DNA of 64,000 nt from a virus, in the IMG/VR virus record IMGVR_UViG_3300007963_000006, positions 4,526 through 68,525 of that record, one strand, 5' to 3'. Shown one piece after another: positions 18,635 to 28,722 of this stretch (position 1 is its first letter; each line of letters opens with the position of its first letter). The translations under genes were made by a program, and so were the position numbers. The notes beneath the pieces were generated by a model. That model was not told where the DNA came from. It ran no database searches and saw nothing but the letters and a program-made list of their open reading frames with translations.

Positions 18635-19425
18635 CCGGCTGTCGCATTTCATACGGTCGATTGCGCCATTTCCTCAAGGGATTCAATATGGACGATCTAA
18701 TCCTCAACATCACTGAAGAGGGCATAGAGGCCGCAGGGACCGAGCAGAAGATGTTTTACATCCACAAGTGGACTCGCTATCAAGCAAATGAGGGTGAATG
18801 TATCGAAGCAGGTGACATTCCAATCGGTCAATTGGCTACATTCATTTCATTGATTGGTGAATGTGGGCAGGGAGGCGACGAAATCGAATTGTCCTATACG
18901 GACGATGTTATCACCGTGTCCGGCCCCCAATCCACCTTCAGCATTCCTTCTGTGACCAACCCTGCATCCCAAGCAGGTGTTGAAGTCATCAGCGGCTTCA
19001 TTGAAGCGGCTGAAGCAGACGACTGGAAAACCTTCGGTCAAGGTGGTGTGTTCGATTATCACTTGGAATTCGACGCTGAAGCATTTCAGCAATTACGCAA
19101 TACAGGAAAAGCCATTCAATCCGGCTCTCTCTATTGCGTGGAGGTTGGTGACGAAACACTGACCCTTAGTGTGAAGCGCGACAGTGTGCGCGTGGATCGT
19201 TCGATAGAACACAACAGCACATTCGATTCAGACGAACCCGTGATTAACTGGTTCGGTCAATGGTTAATGGACGCTCTCAAGGCTATGCCGGGTGTGGGAG
19301 AAGTCCATGTTCATGGAGGGAATCACGCACCCTTCCTCATTCGCCAAGAAGCGACTGGGACGGACACTGGATATGGTCAAACATTGGTCGTATCACCCCG
19401 GCAAGAGTCGGGGGCGAATAAGTGA
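18631..19425 (+). CDS. pcna: PCNA-like sliding clamp
   Basis: 264 aa, acidic; C-terminal WLMDALKA..EVHVHGGNHAPF...VVSPRQE like the PCNA end LAPR; sits between RFC and PolB. Confidence 0.75.
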   Translation: MTGCRISYGRLRHFLKGFNMDDLILNITEEGIEAAGTEQKMFYIHKWTRYQANEGECIEAGDIPIGQLATFISLIGECGQGGDEIELSYTDDVITVSGPQSTFSIPSVTNPASQAGVEVISGFIEAAEADDWKTFGQGGVFDYHLEFDAEAFQQLRNTGKAIQSGSLYCVEVGDETLTLSVKRDSVRVDRSIEHNSTFDSDEPVINWFGQWLMDALKAMPGVGEVHVHGGNHAPFLIRQEATGTDTGYGQTLVVSPRQESGANK

Positions 19426-21815
19426 TTATTGACGCATTCGATCCGGCTGACGGAGAAGGAAAGCACATCTATGTGCGATACAGGAATGATGACGGCGAAG
19501 TGATGGAACGCATCGTTGATGACTTCCGACCTTACTTCTTCGTTGAGAATCTGAATACTGAACGCCTGTCGGCGTTGTATGATGATAATTTCGATGGTTG
19601 GGGCACTGGCGGTCTTGCCGAGGCCAAAGATGGTCGAGAATTGCTACAAATCTATGCCCCTATGCCTGAAGATGTCAAGCGCATGAGGAATATGGCGGAG
19701 GAAACATGGGAGGCCGATATGCACTTCCCCGATAGATTCGCCATTGACACCTTCACAGAACCGAGCGGCGAACAGCCAATGCCTGATTGGTTCTCCAACA
19801 CCGTTCGTGCCGGTGGCTTCGATATGGAATGGAATGAGGATGGCGCAATCACCGCTATGGGTTACACCACAGACGGTGAGCAGGTTCACCAATGGTCTTG
19901 GCATCCAAATGCTTGGAATGAACTCATTACAATGGATGCAAAAGGAATTGAGTCGAATATGTATTCATCCTATTTCACCAATGAAAAGGAGATGCTTGAG
20001 GATTTTGCGAACGCATTCAACCTTCTTGATCCGGACGTTATCACCACATGGTCCGGCAATCGTGCTGACTGGCCGAAATTGTATGAACGATTCAAGCATC
20101 ACGATTTGAGCATGGATTGGATTTCCCCCATCGCATCCGTCAGCCATTCACCACCAATGAAGCACCTTCCGCGCAGTGGCTACTACGAGGACGGAACACA
20201 GGTCATACTGGGCCGGATGACCATTGACTTGGCTGATCGAAATCATGGCTTTGAGCGTGTGTGGAAAGATAGCGGCAAAGGGCAATTGGGTGATCGGCGT
20301 CTTGGTTCTGTGCTGAAAGAGGCATTCCCGAACAACCCTGAATGGCATAAGATTGATTTTGAGAATGACCCTGAATTGCTTGACGAGGAGGGGAATTGCA
20401 TTGTGGACGGCCACCATGACCTGTGGCTCAATCACTTTGACAAATTCATTGACTATCACAGGCAGGACATAATCGGCACGGATCGACTGGACCGAGAGTA
20501 TCACGTCACCCGCTTCTTCATGGCGTTGCAGCAGGTCTGCGGCGTGTCCTTCTCATCTGTATTCACCGTGAGCCGCTTCGCAAGAGGATTGTTGCGACGG
20601 CGGGCATGGTGGAAAGCACCCACAGGCAACAAGAAGCAGAAGCACGAATCATACGGAGGGGGCTACATTCCCAATGCGGTGGGTGGTCGTCACGATATGG
20701 TGGCTGTATTCGACTTCAGGGCGCACTATGCCGCCATCCAAGAGGGGCACAACATCAGTCCTGAAACGCTACGCGGGAAGGACGGGGAATGTTGGGTGCC
20801 GATGACAGACAATATCTTGGCGTTGGAGAACGGCACCTTTTGGGAACAGTCCGAAATCGGTGTTCTCCCTGAACTGCAAATTGATTTGGCTGACGCAAGG
20901 AACGCAGCGAAGCAGGAAATGAAAAAACACGACCCCAAGAGCAGTGAATACGCCGGATTTAACACCCTTCAATTGGCCTTCAAGCGGGCGGCTGCGTCAG
21001 TGTATGGCCTCATGGGACACACAGGGCACGGCGAGAGCGATCTAACTGTTGCCTCCACTATCACCTATGTTGGCCGTGAATTGCTGAAACGCTTGATGGA
21101 AATATGTGAGGAGATGGGCTACACCCCATTGGCCGCTCACACCGACAGCGCATACATCGCCATTGGTGACGCTGATGGTCACGAAATTGCCGAGCGTTTA
21201 ACACAAACCATACAGGATGAATGGAACACCGATAAATTCATTGTCGAATTTGAAAAACTCATGCTGCATTGGGTGGCCCACGATGAGGTCAAGAATCGAA
21301 ACTTCGGGTGGGTCATTTGGCCCAAAGAAGGCTTGCACTGCACCGGCTTTGAATTGAAGAAGTCCAATGCCGCTGAAATCACGAAGCGCATTCAGGAAAC
21401 GGCATTCATCAGTATGTGCAAGGAGGGTGCAAGTGAGGACGACATACGCGAATTGGTGAATTCGTGGATCGCATCTGTGCGAACCACAGTCAAACGCGAA
21501 GCATTGGTGATGCGTTCACGCTTGGGCAAAAAGCCGGAGGCATACGGGAACAAGGGAGGATTTCAAGGTGCAGCGAAACGCTACAATGACACCAACCCCC
21601 GTGAACCGTTTGTGATAAGAGATGGGGTGCCTCACGTCTATTCGACAAAGGGCATCGAAGCATTCAGAACGTCCGAGGAATTAGAGAAAATAAACTTGGA
21701 CTACACAACGATAATACAGAAGCAGATTATCGCACCAGTTAGCCTCATCTTTGAGGCGATGGGATGGAAAGAACCCAACGCTGATGGTGCGGTGCCGCAG
21801 GACTGGTGGAATTGA
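19422..21815 (+). CDS. polB: Family B DNA polymerase
   Basis: Exo I FDME, Exo II GNRADW, Exo III YHRQD; motif A DFRAHY, B KRAAASVYG, C HTDS. Confidence 0.92.
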   Translation: MIIDAFDPADGEGKHIYVRYRNDDGEVMERIVDDFRPYFFVENLNTERLSALYDDNFDGWGTGGLAEAKDGRELLQIYAPMPEDVKRMRNMAEETWEADMHFPDRFAIDTFTEPSGEQPMPDWFSNTVRAGGFDMEWNEDGAITAMGYTTDGEQVHQWSWHPNAWNELITMDAKGIESNMYSSYFTNEKEMLEDFANAFNLLDPDVITTWSGNRADWPKLYERFKHHDLSMDWISPIASVSHSPPMKHLPRSGYYEDGTQVILGRMTIDLADRNHGFERVWKDSGKGQLGDRRLGSVLKEAFPNNPEWHKIDFENDPELLDEEGNCIVDGHHDLWLNHFDKFIDYHRQDIIGTDRLDREYHVTRFFMALQQVCGVSFSSVFTVSRFARGLLRRRAWWKAPTGNKKQKHESYGGGYIPNAVGGRHDMVAVFDFRAHYAAIQEGHNISPETLRGKDGECWVPMTDNILALENGTFWEQSEIGVLPELQIDLADARNAAKQEMKKHDPKSSEYAGFNTLQLAFKRAAASVYGLMGHTGHGESDLTVASTITYVGRELLKRLMEICEEMGYTPLAAHTDSAYIAIGDADGHEIAERLTQTIQDEWNTDKFIVEFEKLMLHWVAHDEVKNRNFGWVIWPKEGLHCTGFELKKSNAAEITKRIQETAFISMCKEGASEDDIRELVNSWIASVRTTVKREALVMRSRLGKKPEAYGNKGGFQGAAKRYNDTNPREPFVIRDGVPHVYSTKGIEAFRTSEELEKINLDYTTIIQKQIIAPVSLIFEAMGWKEPNADGAVPQDWWN

Positions 21816-22774
21816 TGATTACACATCGGGCACCACGTCCAATCCCAGTGAAGGGGCACGACGATTTATTCTCCTGCTATCACTGGCACCCCGAAATGCC
21901 GGATAATGTCATTCTCCGTATGAGTAAATCGTCGCTGCTGTCTGACTTCGGGTTTTGCCAACAGCAGGGCTTCATCAAGCGCATTGTGGGTATGAAGGAA
22001 CCACAGAACGACAATATGCTTCGGGGAACCAATGTTCACGATTCAGTGGAATTATTCTATGACCGCGTGGATATTGAAGAAGCGAAGGCAGCAGAAGATA
22101 TGCTCAAACTTGACAGGTATTTCCAACGCTGTTTTCCCAAACCACCTGAAATCCGTTCCGCTCAAGACTCATTCTATTTGGATGAAGATTTGCACCTTGA
22201 CAGGTGGCGAAAGGTGGAAGTGGAGAGATTCTTAGGTTCCGATCCAGAAAACTTCCTCCCGACTGGAAATGAATTGGTGGTTGATCATATCATGGATATT
22301 GAAGTCGATGGTGTGTCACAACCAGTGCATTTCACGGGCATTATTGACCGTATATTCACCAACCCTGACGGCTCACTACACGTTCACGAATTGAAAACCG
22401 GACTGTGGAAGGACACCAAATACAAGTATGAATCCATGCGAAAGGAAATGGCCTTCTATGTATGGATGCTACGCAAGATGGATGCTTCAACACCAGTCAC
22501 ACACTGGGGTTGGGACCACACGAAAGGGGTCAAGGGCACCGATAGCGAGGATGCCCAAGTATTCCGTTACGTTGAACCAGTGCGCGTCAAGGAAATTGGC
22601 CTGATGTTGGCTGATGTGCATAATCTCATTCGCAATTATCGTCGCTACAAGGGCGACGGTGACGGGTCCATGTTCCCTTTGATTTCTGCCTCTATGCAAT
22701 CACGCCTTTGCGATCCGTGGTGTGCCCTCAAGGAATTCTGCCCGCGCTACGCCAACGTCTTGGAGGACTACTGA
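21815..22774 (+). CDS. Cas4/RecB-like PD-(D/E)XK exonuclease with Fe-S cysteines
   Basis: N-terminal FCQQQ, GTNVH, GIIDRI, ELKTG, C-terminal CDPWCALKEFCP. Confidence 0.85.
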   Translation: MITHRAPRPIPVKGHDDLFSCYHWHPEMPDNVILRMSKSSLLSDFGFCQQQGFIKRIVGMKEPQNDNMLRGTNVHDSVELFYDRVDIEEAKAAEDMLKLDRYFQRCFPKPPEIRSAQDSFYLDEDLHLDRWRKVEVERFLGSDPENFLPTGNELVVDHIMDIEVDGVSQPVHFTGIIDRIFTNPDGSLHVHELKTGLWKDTKYKYESMRKEMAFYVWMLRKMDASTPVTHWGWDHTKGVKGTDSEDAQVFRYVEPVRVKEIGLMLADVHNLIRNYRRYKGDGDGSMFPLISASMQSRLCDPWCALKEFCPRYANVLEDY

Positions 22775-24270
22775 TGAGTTACGAATTGGTTCAGGGCGAT
22801 TGCCTCAAGGTCATGGAGAGGGTGGAGGACGACAGCGTGGATTCTATCGTCACCGACCCCCCGTATGGATTGACCCAAAACAAGCGGGGTGGCAGTGGGG
22901 CAGCAAGCGCAAGTAATGAAACGCCATACGGCAGGGCAAGAATTGGAACGGGGAATGGGGCAGGTGGCTTCATGGGTATGAAATGGGATTCCGGCGTCCC
23001 TCCTGTTGAGATATGGGAAGAGGCATACCGAGTCTTGAAGCCGGGGGGTTATCTGCTTGCTTTTGGTGGTTCACGGACCTATCACCGAATGGTGGTGAAC
23101 ATTGAGGATGCGGGCTTTGAAATCCGTGACCAAATCATGTGGCTGTATGGGTCGGGCTTTCCAAAATCACATTCCGTCAGTAAGGCCATCGACAAACTCG
23201 GTGGCGATTCTGCCGTCCTTGTTGAAATGGCGCAAGCACTGGAACAGGCTCGCCTTCAAAGAGGCATGACAATCAAGGAATGTGATGACAAATTCTGCAA
23301 CGGTTCAACAAATTGGAATTGGATTGAAGGGAAGCGAGATAGAATCACGCAGCCATCCGAGGAACAAATGAAATTGATTGCTGAAGAATGGTCTGAAATG
23401 GAACCAATCTTTGACGCCTTCAATGTCAAGGGTAACGTGGTGGGTTCAATTACACATTCCAGATCGGGCGGGAAGGATTTCGCAAAACAAGTCGGCTCTC
23501 AAGCCGAGAAGCGTGCGGAAATTGTTTTTGATCACGGCACTGACCCCGCTAAACAATGGGAAGGTTGGGGAACGGCCCTCAAGCCCGCCCATGAGCCTAT
23601 CGTAGTGGCTCGCAAGCCCTTCAAGGGCACAGTGGCCGAGAACGTGCTTGAACACGGCACAGGGGCCATGAACATTGATGGGTGCCGTATTCCATCCGAT
23701 GAAGAAGTGAAAACTTCAATAGGGGCAGGTTTTGGAGGAACAAGTCTGTTTGAGGGAGGAACAAAAGAAAGAAAAGAGAGTGAAGTGCGACAAGAGCGTT
23801 GGCCCGCTAACGTCATTCTTGACGAAGAGGCCGGTGCTATGCTTGGCGAAGAATCACGCTTCTTCTATTGTCCGAAGGCGAGCAAGTCCGAGCGCAACAA
23901 GGGTTGTGAGGAATTGGAACCACAAAAAATGGGTCGTAATCAATCATCACTTGATGGTGGGAAAATACTCACGGGTTCAGGGAATGAGAGAAGTAACGAG
24001 AAACAAAACCACCACCCCACCGTCAAGCCGGTGGATTTGATGAAATATCTATGCCGTCTTGTGACACCACCCGGCGGTGTCGTTCTCGATCCATTCATGG
24101 GAAGTGGAACAACGGGCATAGCCGCCTGTGTCGAGGGCTTCAATTTCATAGGCATTGAGCGTGAAGAGGACTACATCGAAATCGCTCGCAATCGAATTGA
24201 AACATGGGTTGAGGAAAAGGAAGAACAAGTGCGTGAGGAACGGGCACAGACAAGCCTCTTTGATTGGTGA
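22774..24270 (+). CDS. DNA amino-methyltransferase, beta class, with inserted XRE-type HTH
   Basis: TDPPY, WLYGSGFPK, HPTVKP, LDPFMGSGTTG; insert LEQARLQRGMTIKE...WIEG. Confidence 0.92.
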   Translation: MSYELVQGDCLKVMERVEDDSVDSIVTDPPYGLTQNKRGGSGAASASNETPYGRARIGTGNGAGGFMGMKWDSGVPPVEIWEEAYRVLKPGGYLLAFGGSRTYHRMVVNIEDAGFEIRDQIMWLYGSGFPKSHSVSKAIDKLGGDSAVLVEMAQALEQARLQRGMTIKECDDKFCNGSTNWNWIEGKRDRITQPSEEQMKLIAEEWSEMEPIFDAFNVKGNVVGSITHSRSGGKDFAKQVGSQAEKRAEIVFDHGTDPAKQWEGWGTALKPAHEPIVVARKPFKGTVAENVLEHGTGAMNIDGCRIPSDEEVKTSIGAGFGGTSLFEGGTKERKESEVRQERWPANVILDEEAGAMLGEESRFFYCPKASKSERNKGCEELEPQKMGRNQSSLDGGKILTGSGNERSNEKQNHHPTVKPVDLMKYLCRLVTPPGGVVLDPFMGSGTTGIAACVEGFNFIGIEREEDYIEIARNRIETWVEEKEEQVREERAQTSLFDW

Positions 24271-24276
24271 TGAAAC

Positions 24277-25338
24277 ATGGCGCACATATTCCGACATTTC
24301 CCGCGTGAAGTGGATATGCGAAAGAGGAAAGTGGTGCATAACATGGACGAATTGCAGCATTACGTCAAGGCCACCAACGGTGCTGATGACCTGACAACCA
24401 CCGTCTATGGCTTCCAACAATTGAAGCCAAAAGGCAATCGTGGTGAGTATTCCACAGCCATTGTGCCCCACTTCGTCATTGATATGGACTACGAACGGGC
24501 TAAAACACCCTCTAACACGGCGCGAGAGGCAGGGAATCGTTGTCTGCGGGAAGTATTGGCCCTGCACCATCATTTGCTCTCTAACGGGTGGAAACACGCC
24601 ATGTGGTTCACAGGCGGTGGCGTCCACATTTGGGTCAATCTCGATCAGACGCACTATCCCGAGGAAAGCCTATCCGATTTATTCGTCACTGGACGGCGTA
24701 TGATTGACGGTTGGGTCAAGCAGTGGGATTTATCCACGCTCGATCCAGTCGTGTCATTCCGCCCTGACCGTCACATTCGCATTCCTAACACATACAATTT
24801 CAAGCGTGGCCTATGGGGTATGCCGCTTCAAACCAGTGACCTTGAGGGTGATTGGGAGGAAATCTTGTCACGGGCTGTCGAGCCGCACGGGGGCATGAAT
24901 CTCTATGGGCAACACGGGTTACATTTGGACGTGAAGAAGCGTGACCCTGCAACCCCCTTTGAGGCCGAGAAGGTGGACGTGGATATGAAGCGCATTGGGT
25001 CTATTTCTGTGCTGCCTTGCTTGGCTGCTGCGGCCTGTGAGGAGGGTGGCAATCCTCCACATGAGGCACGCATCTATCTCACCATGTTCCTTCAGGACCG
25101 GCTTCGGTCTTTCGCACGTCCCCCTCAATCATCACAAACGAGCAACGATGGTATCGTAGCCTCGATCTGTAACTTCATCAAGGATTTGAAATGGTCTGAC
25201 TACAATGAGGAGATAACTCATCAAAATGTTAAGCACAGTGTTGGGAGTCACTACATGACCCCTTCTTGTCGCACGCTTTACGCGAAGGGATATTGCATCG
25301 GTAAATGTCCTTTCTATGACGGCACAGGGGGTGTCTGA
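24277..25338 (+). CDS. Archaeo-eukaryotic primase, PriS-PriL fusion
   Basis: IDMD, FTGGGVH, RIPNTYN; then LPC...HEAR...PSC...CIGKC (PriL Fe-S-like domain). Confidence 0.88.
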   Translation: MAHIFRHFPREVDMRKRKVVHNMDELQHYVKATNGADDLTTTVYGFQQLKPKGNRGEYSTAIVPHFVIDMDYERAKTPSNTAREAGNRCLREVLALHHHLLSNGWKHAMWFTGGGVHIWVNLDQTHYPEESLSDLFVTGRRMIDGWVKQWDLSTLDPVVSFRPDRHIRIPNTYNFKRGLWGMPLQTSDLEGDWEEILSRAVEPHGGMNLYGQHGLHLDVKKRDPATPFEAEKVDVDMKRIGSISVLPCLAAAACEEGGNPPHEARIYLTMFLQDRLRSFARPPQSSQTSNDGIVASICNFIKDLKWSDYNEEITHQNVKHSVGSHYMTPSCRTLYAKGYCIGKCPFYDGTGGV

Positions 25339-25339
25339 T

Positions 25340-25410
25340 ATTCCAATTGAAAAATTGAATTTCCAATTGGAAAATTACAAAAATAGGGTTGAAATTCTCA
25401 ATTGAAAAAT
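25340..25410. repeat. AT-rich iterated palindromic repeat (candidate origin or operator)
   Basis: TTCCAATTGAAAAATT (25341), TTCCAATTGGAAAATT (25361), TTCTCAATTGAAAAAT (25395); perfect palindrome TTTCCAATTGGAAA. Confidence 0.75.
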
Positions 25411-25419
25411 GGTGATTAG

Positions 25420-25737
25420 ATGACGGATGAATTGGATGAAATACGCAAGAAGAAGATGGCTGAAATCAGCGATAAGATGAAGCAAGTCGAGAAGGATGTT
25501 GAAGAGGTAAGAGCCATGCAGAATGAATTCACATGGGCTGACTTTGGAATGGATGAACCGATGTGGGGCTTCCGCGAGAGCGAGGATATGCCCGGTGCTT
25601 TCGATGTTTGCCAACAAGGTGAAACCGTTGCTTTAACGGGCGACCCCCGATGGGCCATGCTTGTGACCGATCTGCTGAACCGAGCCAAATTGGAAGAACT
25701 GATTGTCAATTCAAAGGAGGGTGAAAAGGATGATTGA
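25420..25737 (+). CDS. Hypothetical protein
   Basis: GGTGA SD; helical N-terminus DELDEIRKKKMAEI. Confidence 0.75.
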   Translation: MTDELDEIRKKKMAEISDKMKQVEKDVEEVRAMQNEFTWADFGMDEPMWGFRESEDMPGAFDVCQQGETVALTGDPRWAMLVTDLLNRAKLEELIVNSKEGEKDD

Positions 25738-26437
25738 GAAGGTGCTTTACATCGACAACCGAGAGCGGTCAGGGCTTGAGGAGGCTGTCAAAAGACACGC
25801 CACCAAACAGAAAATCAAGTGGGCTGTCAATCAAAATCTCATCACCGACTACTGCTACGGAACACTTGGGATCGAAGCCAAATCAATGGCTGATTACATT
25901 CAATCGCTACAAAGCGGCCACCTGCAACACCAGTTAGAGAATATGGACGACAATTTCCAACGCATGGTTCTCATCATTCATGGTCGAATCGACAAGTATG
26001 TGAGCAATATGCGGAAGCGTGGAGGGCGCACACCTTACGCACGCATAGAAGCCATGTTCATTGGTTCGTTGGCCCGCTTCGACGTTGATTTCGATATGAC
26101 CATCATGCACTTTGAAACCGCGTCGGCGGCGGCACGGTGGATTGTAACACGCTGCAAGAAGGATGGGACCATCGGAACAGTGAATACCTATCGCACCTTA
26201 AGACGCACTTCCAGTGAGGACGTTCGCATTGATGGTTTGAGAGCCATTGGTTGCAGCGAGGCCATCGCCAAGCGACTGTTGGATCGCTTCGGCTCAATCG
26301 CTGAAATTAGCAGTGCGCCTGTGAAGGAAATGATGGCTCTTGACGGCATCGGAAAAATCAGGGCAAAGCGAATTTCTGAAGCCCTCAACAGTGAAGAAGC
26401 CGTTGTGAAAGAGAAGGTCAAAATGAAATCAGCCTAA
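25730..26437 (+). CDS. ERCC4/XPF-family nuclease with HhH motifs
   Basis: IDNRE, DY, IEAKSMAD, QL..M; HhH-like GCSEAIA and GIGKIRA. Confidence 0.88.
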   Translation: MIEKVLYIDNRERSGLEEAVKRHATKQKIKWAVNQNLITDYCYGTLGIEAKSMADYIQSLQSGHLQHQLENMDDNFQRMVLIIHGRIDKYVSNMRKRGGRTPYARIEAMFIGSLARFDVDFDMTIMHFETASAAARWIVTRCKKDGTIGTVNTYRTLRRTSSEDVRIDGLRAIGCSEAIAKRLLDRFGSIAEISSAPVKEMMALDGIGKIRAKRISEALNSEEAVVKEKVKMKSA

Positions 26438-26488
26438 ATGATTATATGGCAAATGCGAGCAGCCCAAATTCCCGCCGGAGAGAGAGAT

Positions 26489-28015
26489 ATGGAAATGATT
26501 GATGCGATACAAATTAGACAACGCCAGTGGGACGATTACATGGTCGTGACGGCTGATCACGAAGGCGCAAAATTCCTTCGTGGCTACATTGAAAGATTCA
26601 ACACAGTGTCCTTTTTCAATGAATTTGCGGGCCTCCTTTCCTTCTTCTTTGTCATGGGTCAAATCTGCGCCCCGTTTATGCGAATCCCCATTCATGGCAC
26701 CTTCCTTGACTGCCGCGTCCATGTGTATTGGATTCAACAGTCAAGGACCGGCAAATCAATTGCATGGGAATTTACAGATCGGCTCTTAGCCGCTCTTGAT
26801 GTCGAAAGTGAATCATTCACAGCAGGGTCAGACGCCAAATTGATTGGAACCGTAATGGAACAACCAGTCATGGAGGACGGGCGACCCACAGGAGAGGTTC
26901 AGCACATCACCGTTCCCGGCCTTCTCAACGGCTACAAGACGCTTCTATTCGATGAGGCTTCTATTCTCCTCAATGACGCCAAAGCGCACTTCTCGGACAA
27001 GATTCTCTATCTCCAACAGGCGATGGCTCCTCTTGGGTCGAGAACCAACGTCCTTGTCAAGCACTTGGTGGGTGGTTCCGTCAGGACACCATCAGGCGTG
27101 TCCCTGTGGATGACCACATACCCTCCAAAGGACATTATGCACCACGTTCTTGAGAAGGGATTCTTTCAGCGCGTTTTCCTATTCCAAAACGACATCAATG
27201 CAGAACAGCGACAGACCGTCAGCGAACACCGCATGGGCGGGTTGTATGTCCCAGTAAGTGGGGATGTTATGGATTATGACGTTTTGGCTGAATATCTGCA
27301 AGGCTGTGTCAATCTATTGAAAGGTCGTCTTTTCGACGCTATGGGTCTTGAGGAAAGCACAGTCGAAGTGATGAATGAAGAACGTGAAATCGTTGAGCAA
27401 ACCCTCACACGTCAAGAGGTATGGGATCGCATGGATGATGGCGATAAAGAGGACGCCACTATGCGTCACGCCCATGACATATTTACTGTATCACCGGGTT
27501 ACGCCCCTGCTATCCTTAACACATTGGATGAATACTATGGCCTCATTAACGCCATATCCAGTGAGAATGTGAGAGAAACAGCCCTCTCCTTTGAGCCGAA
27601 CATTGAAAATTATACTGCGATATTCGCCAATCTAATTGCAGTGTTGTATCGTTCATCCGTCATCACCGAGGATCATGTATTCATGGCAAGGGAAATTATT
27701 TTCGACAATATGCACAACCTGATTATTTGGCTTGAGCAAAAGCAGAACGTCAAGGACAGGAAGCGTATTGCCGCTCAACGCGCTGCATGGATGCAAGCAT
27801 TCAACCAGTGTCAAAAGCACGTCAATGAGAAAGATGGCAAGGAAAGTGTGTTACAACAGGAATTGCTTGCCGTCTATTCCTCTCAACAATCAATCGCAGG
27901 AATCACAGCAGAACGCCGATTCAAGACGTTACGCGAAGGAGGAAATGCAACCGTTGGCACCGTTGGTGGTAAATGGGGCAAGCGCAATTTCGTGTCATTC
28001 GCATGGGGGAATTAG
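26489..28015 (+). CDS. Divergent MCM-like AAA+ replicative helicase
   Basis: SRTGKS, LIGTV...PGLL, LLFDEA, FFQR arginine-finger position, C-terminal wHTH-like region. Confidence 0.6.
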   Translation: MEMIDAIQIRQRQWDDYMVVTADHEGAKFLRGYIERFNTVSFFNEFAGLLSFFFVMGQICAPFMRIPIHGTFLDCRVHVYWIQQSRTGKSIAWEFTDRLLAALDVESESFTAGSDAKLIGTVMEQPVMEDGRPTGEVQHITVPGLLNGYKTLLFDEASILLNDAKAHFSDKILYLQQAMAPLGSRTNVLVKHLVGGSVRTPSGVSLWMTTYPPKDIMHHVLEKGFFQRVFLFQNDINAEQRQTVSEHRMGGLYVPVSGDVMDYDVLAEYLQGCVNLLKGRLFDAMGLEESTVEVMNEEREIVEQTLTRQEVWDRMDDGDKEDATMRHAHDIFTVSPGYAPAILNTLDEYYGLINAISSENVRETALSFEPNIENYTAIFANLIAVLYRSSVITEDHVFMAREIIFDNMHNLIIWLEQKQNVKDRKRIAAQRAAWMQAFNQCQKHVNEKDGKESVLQQELLAVYSSQQSIAGITAERRFKTLREGGNATVGTVGGKWGKRNFVSFAWGN

Positions 28016-28570
28016 ATGAAAGGTATCAGTGTAGTATTCGACACTCATTTCGATGAAGGTTGGAGAAGCCGGATGGAAATTATCTTGATTGCTACATGGG
28101 ATGGAAAAGAAGGGGCGCAGATTTACACGGATGAGTCCTTGACGCAAAAGATGATTGGTTGTCCGGTTCACGATCTATCGGATTTTATTTGGGAAGAACA
28201 AGCCCCGTTGGTTGGTCACAACCTACACGGTAATTTCAAAAACGAATGCTTTGACTTGTTAATTGCCGTCAAAGAGGCCAGTGGCCCTGTCCTTCAGAAT
28301 GAGGGCAAGCGTTACGAGTTACACAATCTTGCACGTTGGAACCGTTGCCAAACGGTCCCTGTCGAAATGTATTCCAAATGGCGACGTGGGGCAGCATGGA
28401 TACGAGGGCAACGCATCAAGGTTGCACGTTGGGCGATTGAGGATGCGATGATGTGTCACGATCTCTATGTGAAGGTCAGGAAAAAGGGACGGGTTCGATT
28501 CTTAGACACCAAAACAGGAAAGAAGGTATTTGCCGAGGTTTCGTGGGGAAAGAAGGAGGAGGAGGAATAA
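28016..28570 (+). CDS. RNase H-like (DnaQ/YprB-type) exonuclease homolog, degenerate
   Basis: VFDTH, LVGHNL, FDLL, AIEDAMMCHDLY. Confidence 0.5.
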   Translation: MKGISVVFDTHFDEGWRSRMEIILIATWDGKEGAQIYTDESLTQKMIGCPVHDLSDFIWEEQAPLVGHNLHGNFKNECFDLLIAVKEASGPVLQNEGKRYELHNLARWNRCQTVPVEMYSKWRRGAAWIRGQRIKVARWAIEDAMMCHDLYVKVRKKGRVRFLDTKTGKKVFAEVSWGKKEEEE

Positions 28571-28716
28571 TGCCGTATCAATGGATGGGTTGCCCTTCAG
28601 GTTGCTACAAAATTTGGTCGATGGCACGACGACCACAATGTCGGATATGTTGGAAGCGGCTGAAAGCACTGTCCCCTGCCCCACCGCCCCCGGCAGGATT
28701 ATCCGAAGGAGCGTGA
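28570..28716 (+). CDS. Small Zn-finger protein
   Basis: CPSGC...CRIC; TAATG overlap. Confidence 0.55.
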   Translation: MPYQWMGCPSGCYKIWSMARRPQCRICWKRLKALSPAPPPPAGLSEGA

Positions 28717-28722
28717 TGCGAA

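Noticed and set aside
21815-22774. Cas4-like gene as part of a CRISPR-Cas system
   Set aside because: No repeat-spacer array or other cas genes seen; solo Cas4-like nucleases are common in archaeal viral replication modules
25340-25410. Mini CRISPR array
   Set aside because: Units are about 16 bp with 4-18 bp gaps, too short for repeat-spacer structure
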